A DNA stretch of 64,000 nt from Chiloscyllium plagiosum. Lineage: Eukaryota. Shown piece by piece: positions 38,248-50,934 of the stretch. Every line of letters starts with the position of its first letter. The first letter of the stretch is position 1. The notes below the pieces were generated by a model, which was not told the origin of the DNA, ran no database searches, and was given only the letters and a program-made list of their open reading frames with translations. Location: positions 25,738,670 to 25,802,669 of the forward strand of contig NC_057718.1 in assembly GCF_004010195.1 (NCBI RefSeq), written 5' to 3'. Made by a program: the position numbers and the translations under genes.

Positions 38248-40790
38248 CGAGTCGATGCTACAGGAAGGATAGAAAGGGAGGCAAGAGAGGAGGGAGCGTG
38301 GCATTTTTGATAAGGGATAGCATTACAACTGTGCTGAGGGAGAATATTTCCGGAAATACATCCAGGGAAGTTATTTGGGTGGAACTGCGAAATAAGAAAG
38401 GGATGATCACCTTATTGGGATTGTATTATAGACCCGCTAATAGTCAGAGGGAAATTGAGAAACAAATTTGTAACGAGATCTCAGCTATTTGTAAGAATAA
38501 TAGGGTGGTTATGGTAGAGGATTTTAATTTGCCAAACATAGACTGGGACTGCAATAGTGTTAAGTTTTAGTTGGAGAGTAATTTGTTAAGTATGTACAAG
38601 AAAATATTCTGATTCAATATGTGGATGTACCTACTAGAGAAGTTGCAAAACTTGACCTACTCTTGGGAAATAAGGCAGGGCAGGTGACTGAGGTGTCAGT
38701 GGCAGAGCACTTTGGGGCCAGCGACCATAATTCTATTAGATTTGAAATAGTGATGGACCAGAACCCTCAGGGTGAAAGGAAAGGCTGGTAGGTATAGGGA
38801 ATGCTGGATGGCTAAAAAAATTGAGGGTTTGGTTAAGAAAACAAGGAAGCATATGTCAGGTATAGACAGGATAGATCGAGTGAATCCTTAGGAGAGTATA
38901 AAGGAAGTAGAAGTATACTTAAGAGGGAAATCAGGAGGGCAAAATGGCAACATGAGATAACTTTTGCAAATAGAATTAAGGAGAATCCAAAGGGTGTTTA
39001 CAATTACATTAAGGACAAAAGGGAAACTAGGGAATAGGGCCCCTCAAAGATCAGCAAGGCAACCTTTGTGTGGAGCCGTAGAAAGTGGGGGAGATACTAA
39101 ACGAGTATTTTGCACCAGTATTTACTTTGAACAAGGACATGGAAGATATAGAATGTAGGGAAATAGATGGTGACATCTTGAACAATGTCCATATTACAGA
39201 GGAGGAAGTGCTGGATGTCTTGAAATGCATAAAGGTGGTTAAATCCCCAGGACCTGATCAGGTGTACGCTAGAACTCTGTGGGAAGCTAGAGAAGTGATT
39301 GCTGGGCCCCTTGCTGAGATATTTGTATCATCGATAGTTACAGGTGAGGTGACAGAAGACTGGAGGTTGGCTAACGTAGTACCACTGTTTAAGAAGGGTG
39401 GTAAGGACAAGCCAGGGAACTATAGACCAGTGAGCCTGACGTCGGTGGTGGGCATGTTGTTGGAGGGAATCCTGAGGGACAGTATGTACAAGTATTTGGA
39501 AAGGCAAGGACTGATTAGGGATAGTCAACATGGCTTTGTACGTGGCAAATCATGTCTCACAAACTTAATTGAGTTTTTTGAAGAAGTAACAAAGAGGATG
39601 AGAGCAGAGCGGTAGACGTGATCTATATGGACTTCAGTAAGGTGTTTGACAAGGTTCCCCATGGGAGACTGGTTAGCAAGGTTAGATCTCATGGAATACA
39701 GGGAGAACTAGCCATTTGGATACAGAACTGGCTCAAATGTGGAAGACAGAGGGTGGTGGTAGAGGGTTGTTTTACAGACTGGAGGCCTGTGACCAGTAAA
39801 GTGCCACAAGGATCAGTGCTGGGTCCATTACTTTTCATTTATATAAATGATTTGGATGTGAGCATAAGAGGTATAGTTAGTAAGTTTGCAGATGACACCA
39901 AAATTGGAGATGTAGTGAACGGCGAAGAAGGTTATCTCAGATTACAACAGGATTTTGATCAGATGGGCCATTGGGCAGAGAAGTGGCAGATGGAGTTTAA
40001 TTCAGATAAATGCAAGGTGCAACATTTTGGGAAAACAAATCTTAGCAGAACTTATACACTTAATGGTAAGGTCCTAGGGAGTGTTGCTGAACAAAGAGAC
40101 CTTGGAGTGCAGGTTCATAGCTCCTTGAAAGTGGAGTTGCAGGTAGATAGGATAGTAAAGAAAGTATTTGGTCAGAGTATTGAATACAGGAGTTGGGAGG
40201 TCATGTGTCGGCTGTACAGGACATTGGTTAGGCCACTTTTGGAATTTTGTGTGCAATTCTGGTCTCCTTCCTTTCGGAAAGATGTTGTGAAACTTGAAAG
40301 GGTTCAGAAAAGATTTACAAGAATGTTGCCAGGGTTGGAGGATTTGAGCTATAGGGAGAGGCTGAATAGGCTGGGGCTGTTTTCCCTGGAGCATCGGAGG
40401 CTGAGGGGTGATCTTATAGAGGTTTACAACATTATGAGGGGCATGGGTAGGGTAAATAGACAAAGTCTTTTCCCTGGGTTGGGGAGTCCAGAATTAGAGA
40501 GCATAGGTTTAGGGTGAGAGGGGAAAGATATAAAAGAGACCTAAGGGACAACGTTTTCACGCAGAGAGTGGTACGTGTATGGAATGAGCTGCCAGAGGAA
40601 GTGGTGGAGGCTGGTACAGTTGCAACATTTAAGAGACATTTGAATGGGTATATGAATTGGAAGGGTATAGAGGGATATGGGCCGGGTGCTGGCAGGTGGG
40701 ACTAGATTGGGTTGGGATATCTGTTCGGCACGGACAAGTTGGACCAAATGATCTGTTTCCGTGCTGTACATCTCTATGACTCTATGACTC
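38248..40790 (+). mobile_element. Relatively young CR1 (HER1-like) ORF2 with internal deletion and frameshifts
   Basis: ORFs 39085-39615 and 39618-40517 with NYRPVSLTS, QHGFVRGKSCLTNL, YMDFSKVFDKVPH, VPQGSVLGP and KFADDTK. (tctatgac)n tail. Confidence 0.95.
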
Positions 40791-40839
40791 CATGAGTCTG
40801 CGATTCCCTAACTCTAGTAAAAACACTGAGTGCATTCAC

Positions 40840-43380
40840 CATAAAACCATAAATCTTGGAGCAGGAGTAGGCTATCTGGCCCTACGAGCCTGCTCCGCCA
40901 TTTAATAAAATCATAGCTGATCATTTCATGGCCTCAGCTCCATTTTCCCACCCTCTCACCATAATCCTTAATTCCTTTGTTGTTTAAACAAAATCTATCT
41001 TAACTTTAAAAACATTTACTGAGGAAGCCTCAACTACTTCACAGGGCAGGGAATTCCATAGATTAACAACCCTCTGTGTGAAGAAGTGCCTTCTCAATTC
41101 AGTCTTAAGTCTGCTACCACTAATTTTGTGGCTATGCCCTCTTGTCCTAGTTTCACCCAGCAGTGGAAACATCCTCTCTACATCTAAGCTTATTTATCCC
41201 TTCATAATTTTATTTTTCTACAAGATCTCCCCCTCATCCTTCTAAATTCCAATGAATATAATCCCAGTCTGCTCAGTGTCTCCTCATAAGCCGACCTCCT
41301 CAACTCCGGAATCAACCTAGTGAACCTCCTCTGCACCTCCTCTGGAGCCAGTATATTTTTTTCTCAAGTAAGGAGACCAAAACAGCACATAGTACTCCAG
41401 GTGTGACCACACCAGCACCCTGCACAGCTACAGCATAACCTCCCTTTAGCAATGAAGGACAAAATTCCATTTGCCTTCCTAATTACTTGTAGTACCTTCA
41501 AACTAACCTTCTGTGATTCATGCACAAAACACCCAGATCCTTCTGCACAGCAGTACACTGCAACTTTTTTCCATTCAACTAATAATCCTTTTTACTGTTA
41601 TTCCTTCCAAAATGGGTGACTTCACATTTATTAACATTGTATTCCATCGGCCAGACCTTTGTCTGCTCACTTAAACTATCTATGACCCTTTGCAAAGTTT
41701 CACAGTCCTCTGTACACTTTGCTCTGCCACTCATCTTAGTGTCATCCACAAACTTTGACACACTACACATGGTCCCCAACTCCAAATCATCAATGTAAAT
41801 TGTGAATAATTGCTGTCCCAACACTGATCCCTGAGGCACACCATTAGTTACGTATTGCCAACCAGAATAGCACTCATTTATCCCCACTCTTTGCTTCCTA
41901 TTAGTCAACCAATTCTCTATCCATGCTATTACTTTACCTGTAATGCCATGCATCCTTATCTTCTGCAATAGCCACTTGTGCAGCACCTTGTCAAAAGCCT
42001 TTTGGAAATTTAGGTACATCACATCCACTGGGCCCCCGTTGTCCACCGTGCTCATAATGTCTTCATAGAATTCCAAAAGATTAGTAAAGCATAACCTGCC
42101 CTTCATGAATCCATGCTGTGTCTGCCCAAATGGGCCATTTCTATCTAGATCCTTTGCTATTTCTTTCTTGATAATAGATTCAAGCATCTTCCCCACTACA
42201 GATGTTAAGCTAACTGGTCTATAATTCCCCGTCTTTGTCTACCACCCTTTTTAAACAGTGGCATCACATTTGCTATTTTCCAATCTGCTGGAACTGCTCC
42301 AGAGTCCAGCAAATTTTGGAGAATTACCACAAGTGCACTTGCTATTTCTCCTGCCATCTCTTTTAGCACCATGGGATGCATTCCATCAGGACCAGGAGAC
42401 ATGTCCATCCTTAGCTCCATTATCTTGCCCAATACTATCTTTTCTATGATAATGATTGTTTCCAGGTCCTCACCTACCTTTGTCTCTTTGTCAATTACTG
42501 GCATGTTATTTATGCCCTCTATGGCTCAACCATCCCATGATTAAATGCCCTTTCTCATCCTCTAAAGGACCAACTTTTACTTTAACCACTCTTTTTCATT
42601 GTATGTATTTATAGATGCTTTTGCTATCTGTGCTTGTATTCTGTACCAGTTTTTTTTCTCATGTTCTATCTTACTTTTCTTTATAGCTCTTTTTGTGGCC
42701 TTCTGTTGACCTTTCCCAATCTTCGAGTTTCCTGCTGAAATTGGCCTCTTTGTATGCCTTCTCTTTCAATTTGATGGCCTCCCTTATTTCCTTAGACACC
42801 CATGGCAGATTACCCCTTTTCTTACAGTCCTTCCTTTTCACTAGAATATACCTTTGCTGAGCACTTCGAAAAATGGCTTTGAAAGTCCTCCACTGCTCGC
42901 CAACTGTCCCACCGTAAAATCTTTGCTTTCAGGCTATTTTAGCCAAGTACTCCCTCATTCTATTATAGTCTGCCTTGTTTAAGCACAGGACCCTGGTATT
43001 GCATTTTATCTTCACATTCTCCACATTCAAATTCCACCATACTGTGATTGCTCCTTCCAAGATGATCCCTAACTAGGAAGTCATTAATTATTCCTGTCTC
43101 ACTACACAAGATCAGATCTAGGAGAGCTTGCTCCTTCGTTGGTTCCATTTCATCGTGTTCAAGAAAACTATCATGGATACACTCAACAAATATCTCTTCA
43201 AGGCTACCCTGACCGAGCTGGTTCGACCAATCGACATGTAGATTAAAATCCCCCAATGATAATTGCTGTACCATTTTTACAGGCATTAGTTATTTCTTTG
43301 CTTATTGCCCACCCCAATATGATGTTATTATTTGGTGGCCTATAGACTACGCCTATCAGTGACTTTATCTTAGAATTTCT
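40840..43380 (-). mobile_element. Decayed CR1 LINE (different subfamily)
   Basis: GDFN, SPGPDGMHP, QHGFMKGR, FQKAFDKV and VPQGSVLG motifs. Confidence 0.92.
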
Positions 43381-43751
43381 CTACATGCCTCTCTTCTGTA
43401 GGATCTCCTCTGAGTCTCCTACACATTAAAAAAAAAGTCCTAGTTTGTCCAAACTCTCCCTATAACTCAGATGGTTAGTCCTGACAACATCCTTGTAAAT
43501 TTCTTCTCCAAGCTTTCCAGTTTATTAACATCCTTCCTATAGCAAGGTGATCAAAACTGAACACAATACTCCCAAGTGTGGTCTCACCAACGTCTTGTAC
43601 AACTGCAATATAACTTCCCAACTTCTACAGTCAATGCCCTGAATGATGATGGCCAGTGTGCTAAACTCCATCATCCCCGCCCTGTCTACCTGTGACTCCA
43701 CTTTCAGAGAACAGTGAACCTGAACTCCAAGGGCACTCTATTCCACTGCAG

Positions 43752-44639
43752 TGGTTATGGTCCAGGCCAGACCCCTCAAAGCATTTCGAGAAGGTAATCC
43801 TGACCCTAACCTTTCTAGTTGTTTTGAGCAAGTGTAAAATGGATATTGCAGGAGTAATGCAACTGGTCAAATCCTTCAGTTTTAAGCAAAATACAATTTA
43901 TTTACAGGGTACTGAATGAAACGCAAACAAAACATAACAGAATACAGAATAACTTAATCTATCTGAAAACCCACAGACTAGCCAAACTTACGGATGCTGT
44001 TCCAAATTCCTGCAAGATTCCTCATAAACACCCCTTGGCAAAAAAAGGTAAAATCAAACACAGAGTCTTACAGGAGAGAGAGAGACAGCAGAGTGATTCA
44101 GCTTGGAACACCTTCTTCCATGGAGTTGTTTCTTTTGGATTCCTGGTTAACAACTGACCAGCAGCTCTGAACAGCCAGACTGATAAAACCCAAACCAAAC
44201 CAAACCAAACCAGACCAGAGAACAGCTGAACTGTGAGAACTGGCCATTCCCCTTTCAAGGTCAAGTGCTTTTCTTAAAACTTGAAAGCCTTTTACTTGAG
44301 GCAATATCTGTTAGCTATAAGCAAATTGACCCTAAAACCCATCCAACTCAGATACCCCGGAACTTTTCTCTGGGTGCTCTGGTTTCCTCTCACAGTCCAA
44401 AGATGTGCAGGTCAGGTGAATTGGCTATAGTAAATTGCCCATTGTGTTCGGTGCGTTAGTCAGAGGGAAATGGGTCTGGGTGGGTTACTCTTCGGAGGGT
44501 CGGTGTGGACTTGTTGGGCCAAGAGGCCTGTTCCCACACTGTCGGGAATCTAATCTAATAAAAAAACTTCTACATTTACAACCCCTCTGAAAAAAACCCA
44601 AGTACATCATAACCTTGTTAAAGGAGCAGCATCATCACA
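43752..44639 (-). mobile_element. Probable solo LTR containing a HE1 SINE (~44360-44560) and a (ccaaa)n tract
   Basis: Non-CR1 block inserted in CR1, ending ..catcaca. Minus-strand AATAAA ~43898-43903. TSD not clear. Confidence 0.55.
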
Positions 44640-44817
44640 TACTCCTTAAGGCCCTACTGTTCACCATAAAACCCCTACCTTGATTTGATTTTCCAAAATG
44701 CAAGACCTCACACTTGTCTATATTAAACTCCCATTTGCTATTTCTCAGCCCACTTCCCCAGCTGAAATTTCTGATAACTTTCCTCACTGTCCATGATACT
44801 GTCTGTTTTAGTGATAT

Positions 44818-45801
44818 TGTTATGAAGATGTGAGTGTACTGTACCTTTAAGAGAGAAAGCTAACAGAACTACCTGGCAGCACCAAGTGTTCTGAACAAGA
44901 TACAATGTAACCTTTTGGTCCAGCAGTTAGGGTAGCTGGCTGTCTAGGGGGGCGGTACGGTGGCACAGTGGTTAGCACTGCTGCCTCACAGCACCAGAGA
45001 CCCTGGTTCAATTCCTGCCTCAGGCAACTGTCTGTGTGAGTTTGCATGTTCTCCTTGTGTCTGCGTGGGTTTCCTCCCACAGTCCAAAAATGTGCAGGTT
45101 AGGTGAATTGGCCATGCTAAATTGCCTGTAGTGTTAGGTGTAGGGGAATGGGTCTGGGTGGGTTTCTCTTCGGAGGGTCGGTGTGGACTTGTTGGGCCAG
45201 AGAGCCTGTTTCCACACTGTAAGTAATCTAATCAAAAACAAATTTGCATTAGGCCAATCAGTTTAAATTATGCCCCAAAAATATTCCAAAGTCCAATCAA
45301 GTTTGAATTTAGTATATTGATAACCTTAAAAGACAATGACATAATCCGATGCTTTGAGGGTATAAGACCAGGAAAGGTTGAACAGTTGAGGGAGAACTGC
45401 CTAAAGACCAATAGATGTAGACTGCTAGTCGAACTGTCTGAGAGGTACTTGTCCAGAGAAGAAGGTTCCACAGAGAAAATCATCGACACTGATGTGGAGA
45501 GCAAGTCTGCAAAGAGAAGATTCGACAGCTGGCTGGTTTTAAAATTAGAATTTTTCAGTAAATCTTAATTGGGGGGTTTTATTAGACCGCTATTGTAGAA
45601 GGGAAAGTAAAAGATAGGTTAGAGGAAGGAGCTGTAAATAGTTGTTAGTTAACTATTCTCTGTTATACTTTAAGAAATAAAGTTGTTAATTTGTACTTTA
45701 AATAGTTCTTGTCCTCTCGAATCTTCAGATTACTGCAGGGGATAAATCTTTTCTGTGTTGCTGGTTTAAAGTAAGCAAGAGGGTTTATCTGTGTTGTAAC
45801 A
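44818..45801 (+). mobile_element. Solo LTR (Gypsy-like) containing a full-length HE1 SINE
   Basis: TGTTA...TAACA termini, 4-bp TSD atat/gtat, TATAA ~45361 and AATAAA ~45676. Confidence 0.75.
44947..45235 (+). mobile_element. Full-length HE1-type tRNA-derived SINE
   Basis: A box tggcacagtgg, B box ggttcaattcc, HE1 body and aatctaatc tail. Confidence 0.9.
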
Positions 45802-46899
45802 GTATCTGCAAACTTACTAATCATGCCTTGTACACTCTCATCCAAATCACTGATATAGATACCAAACAGCAGTTGTCCTAGCATTGACCCTTGAGGCACT
45901 TCACTAGTCACAGGGCCTCCAGTTCAACAAGCATCCTTCCACTATTATCCTCTGCTTCCTACCATCAAGCCTATTGTGTATCCAATTTGCCAACTCACCA
46001 TGGATTCCATGTGATCTAAGCTTCCAGAGCAGACTACCATGTGGAATCTTATCGAAGATCTCACTGAAATCCATTTAGACAATGTCTACTGCTCTGCCCT
46101 CATCACCTTCCTGGTCACTTCATCAAAGAATTCTAACAAACTTGTGAGGCATGATCTCCCACGCACAAACCTCCCACAACCTTGCCCTTCACCCTTACAG
46201 GAACATATACCTTGAACTCTATTTATCTCACTTTTAAAGGCCTCCCACTTGCCAGAGGTCCCTTTGCCTGCAAACAAACTATTCCCATAAACCTCTGCAA
46301 GCTCCTGTCTAATTCCATCAAAATTTGGCTTGCCCCAATTTAGAACTTGAACTTGTGGACTAGTTTTGTCCCGCTCCACAACTATTTTAAAATTAATGGA
46401 ATTATCGTCACTGGTTCCAAAGTGCTCTCCACTGTCATCTCAGTCACCTGTCCTGTCCTATTTCCCCAAGAGTAAGTCGAGTTTTGCCCCTTCCCGAGTA
46501 GGACCCTCTATATACTGTTTAGGGAAACTTTCCTCAACACACTTAACAAATTCCACCCCATCGAACCATTTGACACTCTGGCAGTCCTAGTCTATGTTAG
46601 GAAAATTAAAATCCCCTCCTATGACAACCCTATTGCTCCTCCAAGTCTCCCCAATCCCTCTGCATATTTGTTCCTGTAATTCACATTGACTATTTGGAAG
46701 CTTCTTGATTTTTGATCTATTGAAATTTATCTCTGACTGGGATGAGGTGACACAAGGTAGATCAGTGCCACTTTGCAAATGCTCAATCTATTCAATATTG
46801 CACACTCCCTGTGCTCTTATGTATGAGCATGAACATTGAAATAATATTGACAATTCTATTTGCAGAAGTTGTCACACCCAAAATTGCAGTTCCTCCGAC

Positions 46900-47270
46900 A
46901 AGAGATTTATAAAATCATGAGGGGCATGGATAGGGTAAATAGACAATGTCTTTTCCCTGAGTTGGGGGAGTCCAGAAACAGAGGGCATAGGTTTAGGGTG
47001 AGATGGGAAAGATTTATAAGGGACCTAAGGGGCAACCTTTTCATGCAAAGGATGATACGTGGATGGAATGAGCTGCCAGAGGAAGTGGTGGAGGCTAGTA
47101 CAAATACAGCATTTAAAAGACATCAGGATGGGTATATGAAGAGGAAGGGTTTAGAGGGACATGGGCCAAGTGCTGGAAAATGGGGCTAGATTAATTCCGG
47201 ATATCTGGACGGTACGGGCGAGTTGGACCAAAAGGTCTGTTTCTGTGCTGTATATCTCCATGATTCTATG
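46900..47270 (+). mobile_element. CR1 3' fragment
   Basis: IYKIMRGMDRVNRQ..WNELPEEVVEA and CR1 tail. Confidence 0.88.
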
Positions 47271-47499
47271 ACAACAGGTCACATGACCATTTCTAAGCCA
47301 ACTTTCTGAGTCACCAAATCAATGCAAATTATTGTGGATGTTGGAAGTTGGAAATAAAACAAAGTGCTCAAGAAACTCAATGGGCTGCTGCGTTCTCCAT
47401 CACATTCTGTTATAATCGCTGCTTCAGAAACCAGCTTAGAAAAAAGAGGGGGTTATCTAACCTCTGTCCATCTTCTGAACTCTTTATTCGGTCAGTATT

Positions 47500-47810
47500 C
47501 CGTGGCATGGTGTCTCAGTGGTTAACATGGTGTCTCACAGCGCCAGGAACTAGGGTTAATTGCAGCCTTGGGTGACTGTGTGAAGTTTGCATGTTCTTCC
47601 TGTGTCTGTGTGGGTTTCGTCTGGGTGCTCTGGCTTCCCCCACAATCCAAAGATGTGCAGGAATAGTGGATTGGCCATGCTACATTGCCCTGAAGTGTCC
47701 AGGCATAGCCATGGGAATATGGGGATAGGTTGGGGGTGGCTCTATGTGGGATGCTGTTCCAAAGTTGATGGGCCAGATGGCCTCTTTCTACACTATAAGG
47801 ATTTTATGAT
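47500..47810 (+). mobile_element. HE1-type SINE (degenerate)
   Basis: tRNA-like head and cccacaatccaaagatgtgcagg body. Confidence 0.75.
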
Positions 47811-48191
47811 TTAAAGGTCTCCTGCTGGCTCACAAAAGGTGGCACTATCTATAAGTGGACTTGACAGAGAACATTGTTGACAGGCACAGAGGAAATTCAT
47901 GACTGATTGGAAGTCAACAGAGGCAGTTTCCAGCTTGTGTCAGAGAATAGTGAATAACTCTTCCACTAGCAGGAACCTATATGAAATTACCAAATGGACC
48001 TTTAAAGTAGAGGATTGACACTGATAGCAGTCATAACTTTAGTGAAGAGCTGTAATTAAATGATGTGGAACATCTGCAGATTGAAGACTGTGTGCCTTTC
48101 TGCAATTCGTCTGGTGACACTAATGACAGCAGCAGCAGTAAATCTTGCAACAGGCTTTTTCAGTCCATGGGCAGGCTGGATGCTGAGGATG

Positions 48192-49407
48192 GGAGAAAGT
48201 GAGGACTGCAGATGCTGGAGATCAGAGTCAAAGAGTGTGGTGTTGGAAAAGCACAGCAGGTCAGGCAGCATCCGAGGAGCAGGAGAATCAATGCTTCAAG
48301 CATCAGCTCTTCATCAGGAATGAGGGGGTGGCCCAAAGGGGCTGAGAGATCAATGGGAGGAGGTGGGACTCAGGGGAAGGCAGCAGAGAATGTGATAGAT
48401 AGACTGAGCAGGGGGGTGAAAGTGATAGGTCGGAGAGGAGGAGGCAGTGATAGGTGGGAAAGAAGATGGACAGGTAGGACAGGTCAAGAGGCCGATGCTG
48501 AGTTGAAAGGGTGGATCTGGAATATGGTCGGGGGAGTGGAAATGAGGAAACTGATGAAATCCACATTGATCCCATGTGGTTGAATGGTCCCAAGATGGAA
48601 GATGATGCGTTCTTCCTCCAGGCGTCAGGTGGCAAGGGTTTGGTCTGCAGACCAAAGGGGTAACCATAGGCACCTGCATGGGCCCCAGCTATACCTTTCT
48701 TTTCAGAAGGTACGTGGAACAGTCCATCTTCTGCAGCTACGCCGGCACCATTTCCCACCTTTTCCTCCACTACATTGATGACTGGATCGGCGCCACCTCG
48801 TGCTTCCATGAGGAAGTTGAACAGTTCATCAACTTCACTAACAAGTTCCACCCCAACCTTATGTTCATCTGGACCATCTTGGACATTTTCCTCTCCTTCC
48901 TGGACCTCTCCATCTGAATTAACTGTGACTGACTCAACATGGACATCGATTATAAACTCATCAATCTCCACAGCTACCTGGACAAGACCTCCTCCCATCC
49001 TGCCTCCTGTAAAAATGCAATTCCCTATTCCCAATTCATCACATCTGCTCCCAGGAGGACCAATTCCACCACAAAACATACCAGATGGCCTCCTTCTTCA
49101 AAGACTGCAATTTCCCCTCCCACGTGGTCAGTGAAGCTCTCCAGCAAATCTCATCCACTTTCTGCATCTCTGCCCTCAAACCCCAGCCCTCCAACTGCAA
49201 CAAGGACAGAACCCTCCAGTCCAGCTCCACTCCCGCACCTCCACACTGCCACCACACCCCCGATTTAACTCTCAATCTCTCAATCTCTCAACCCTCTTGG
49301 CCCACCCCCTCATTCCTGATGGAGAGCTTATGCTCGAAACGTCGAATCACCAGCTCCTCGGATGCTGCCTGACCGGCTGTGTTTTTCCAGCACCACACTC
49401 TCTGATT
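48192..49407 (+). mobile_element. Penelope-like element (family A) with inverted arm and RT remnant
   Basis: 16-bp TSD ctggatgctgaggatg (48176-48191 / 49408-49423). MGPSY..LF, YIDDWIG and FHPNL.F (PLE RT). Hammerhead motif at 49312-49347. Confidence 0.92.
49312..49347 (+). ncRNA. Minimal type-I hammerhead ribozyme motif (family A)
   Basis: ATTC-CTGATGG-A-GAGC-TTAT-GCTC-GAAAC-GTC-GAAT. Stem I ATTC/GAAT, stem II GAGC/GCTC, palindromic ACGT helix III. One core substitution. Activity untested. Confidence 0.65.
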
Positions 49408-49586
49408 CTGGATGCTGAGGATGTTCCCTTTAGCCAGTGAGGCAGTTCCCTAAACCGCATGTTAAAGGCTCGAGATTTGTGTTACCCGGGGTCATGGAAC
49501 CATAGAAAATCTGAGCAGGAGTAGGTCATTCTGATCTTCCAGCTTGCTGTGCTCATGGCTGATGATCCTACTTAGTAGCCTGTTCC

Positions 49587-50851
49587 CAATTTCTCCTTTA
49601 TCCATTGATCCGTTTAGTTCTAAGAACTATATTTAACACCTTCCTGAAAACATTCAGTATTTTAGCATCAAATCTTTCTTTGGCTGAGGATTCTGCATGC
49701 TTATCATTCTCTGGTTGAAAAATGCTCTTCTCATCTCAATGCCAAATGACCTACCAGATATACTTTTTCTGGACTCCTTAAGACCATCCTTTCTCTGCCT
49801 ACTCCATCTAGTCTTGCGTTTACCCTGTCTAGTTCACATGAAGGAATATTATGCATTGGCACACACAAGGTATCATGACTGTTCATGGCTTTTTTTAAGA
49901 ATGAGGGTGATCTCATACAAACCCGCAGTAAAATTCTAACAAGTCTGGGCAGGGTAAATGCAGGAATGATGTTACTTTTACTCTATGCCTTGAAGGTTTA
50001 CTTGTGATCTCGATTAAATCCCAGTGTGTCAACAGGGCAGTTTCTCAGCACCAGGAGCTTTGACATTTTACTTGGCTGCTTCCCATGGGATGTACCTTAC
50101 AACCCTTAAGGCAGTGATTCCATATGGTCTGCATTCATAGCATAGTTTGGGCACAGGGTCCAAAATCTTTTGTAACTTAAAATTAATGCCTGAGAAACTA
50201 CTTGGTGCGCACTTGTAATTTCCTGTGATGCGCTGACTGGAATGGTGGCATAACACCTAAGGTTCCAACAGATGGTGCCAGTTTAGAATTAATGAATTTA
50301 TTATTTGTGTGGAGTGCATGCGAGTATGATCAACAAAACCAACCCAATAAAGGGACAGATCATGATTAGATGGACTTGATGTGATTGGCTGATTTCAGGG
50401 TTTCTTTCTCACTTCAAGTATTGTGATAACTCAGTCCTAAATTTGAAACCTTTAAACACCAGGGCTTTTTAGTTAAGGAAATAAGTCAACAAATCAGTGA
50501 ACAATTTTACTGCGGGTTTGTATGAGATCACCCTCATTCTTAAAAAAAGCCATGAACAGTCATGATACCTTGTGTGTGCCAATGCATAATATTCCTTCAT
50601 GTGAACTAGACAGGGTAAACGCAAGACTAGATGGAGTAGGCAGAGAAAGGATGGTCTTAAGGAGTCCAGAAAAAGTATATCGGGTAGGTCATTTGGCATT
50701 GAGATGAGAAGAGCATTTTTCAACCAGAGAATGATAAGCATGCAGAATCCTCAGCCAAAGAAAGATTTGATGCTAAAATACTGAATGTTTTCAGGAAGGT
50801 GTTAAATATAGTTCTTAGAACTAAACGGATCAATGGATAAAGGAGAAATTG
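49587..50851. repeat. Near-perfect inverted duplication: 349-bp arms (49587-49935 / 50503-50851), 567-bp spacer
   Basis: The arms are reverse complements, with one mismatch seen (cctaccAgat vs cctaccCgat). This explains the mirror ORFs in the track. Confidence 0.95.
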
Positions 50852-50934
50852 CTTGCACTGAATTAACAATCTTTCATGTCATTAGATGCAAAGCATTGAA
50901 CAATCACTGAACTCCTTTTGAAGTGCAGTCAGTG

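Larger units (their letters stand above)
43430..46700 (-). mobile_element. Decayed CR1 LINE hosting two solo LTRs
   Basis: GGDFNFPNID, GRSCLTSLLEFF and [12 protein letters not shown]. The CR1 sequence resumes across both inserts. Confidence 0.85.

Noticed and set aside
37955..38300. Twin-priming 5' inversion of the CR1 at 38248
   Set aside because: The inverted piece is a 3' terminal fragment of different sequence, better explained as a separate insertion.
39085..40705. Longest ORFs (176 and 299 aa) as a functional gene
   Set aside because: They are frameshifted CR1 ORF2 pieces with an upstream deletion, so neither a host gene nor an intact element.
44947..45020. tRNA gene
   Set aside because: The A and B boxes belong to the tRNA-derived head of a HE1 SINE and continue into the SINE body.
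49697..50741. Twin 80/90-aa ORFs as a duplicated small gene
   Set aside because: They are by-products of the inverted duplication of CR1-derived DNA, with no recognisable protein features or splice context.
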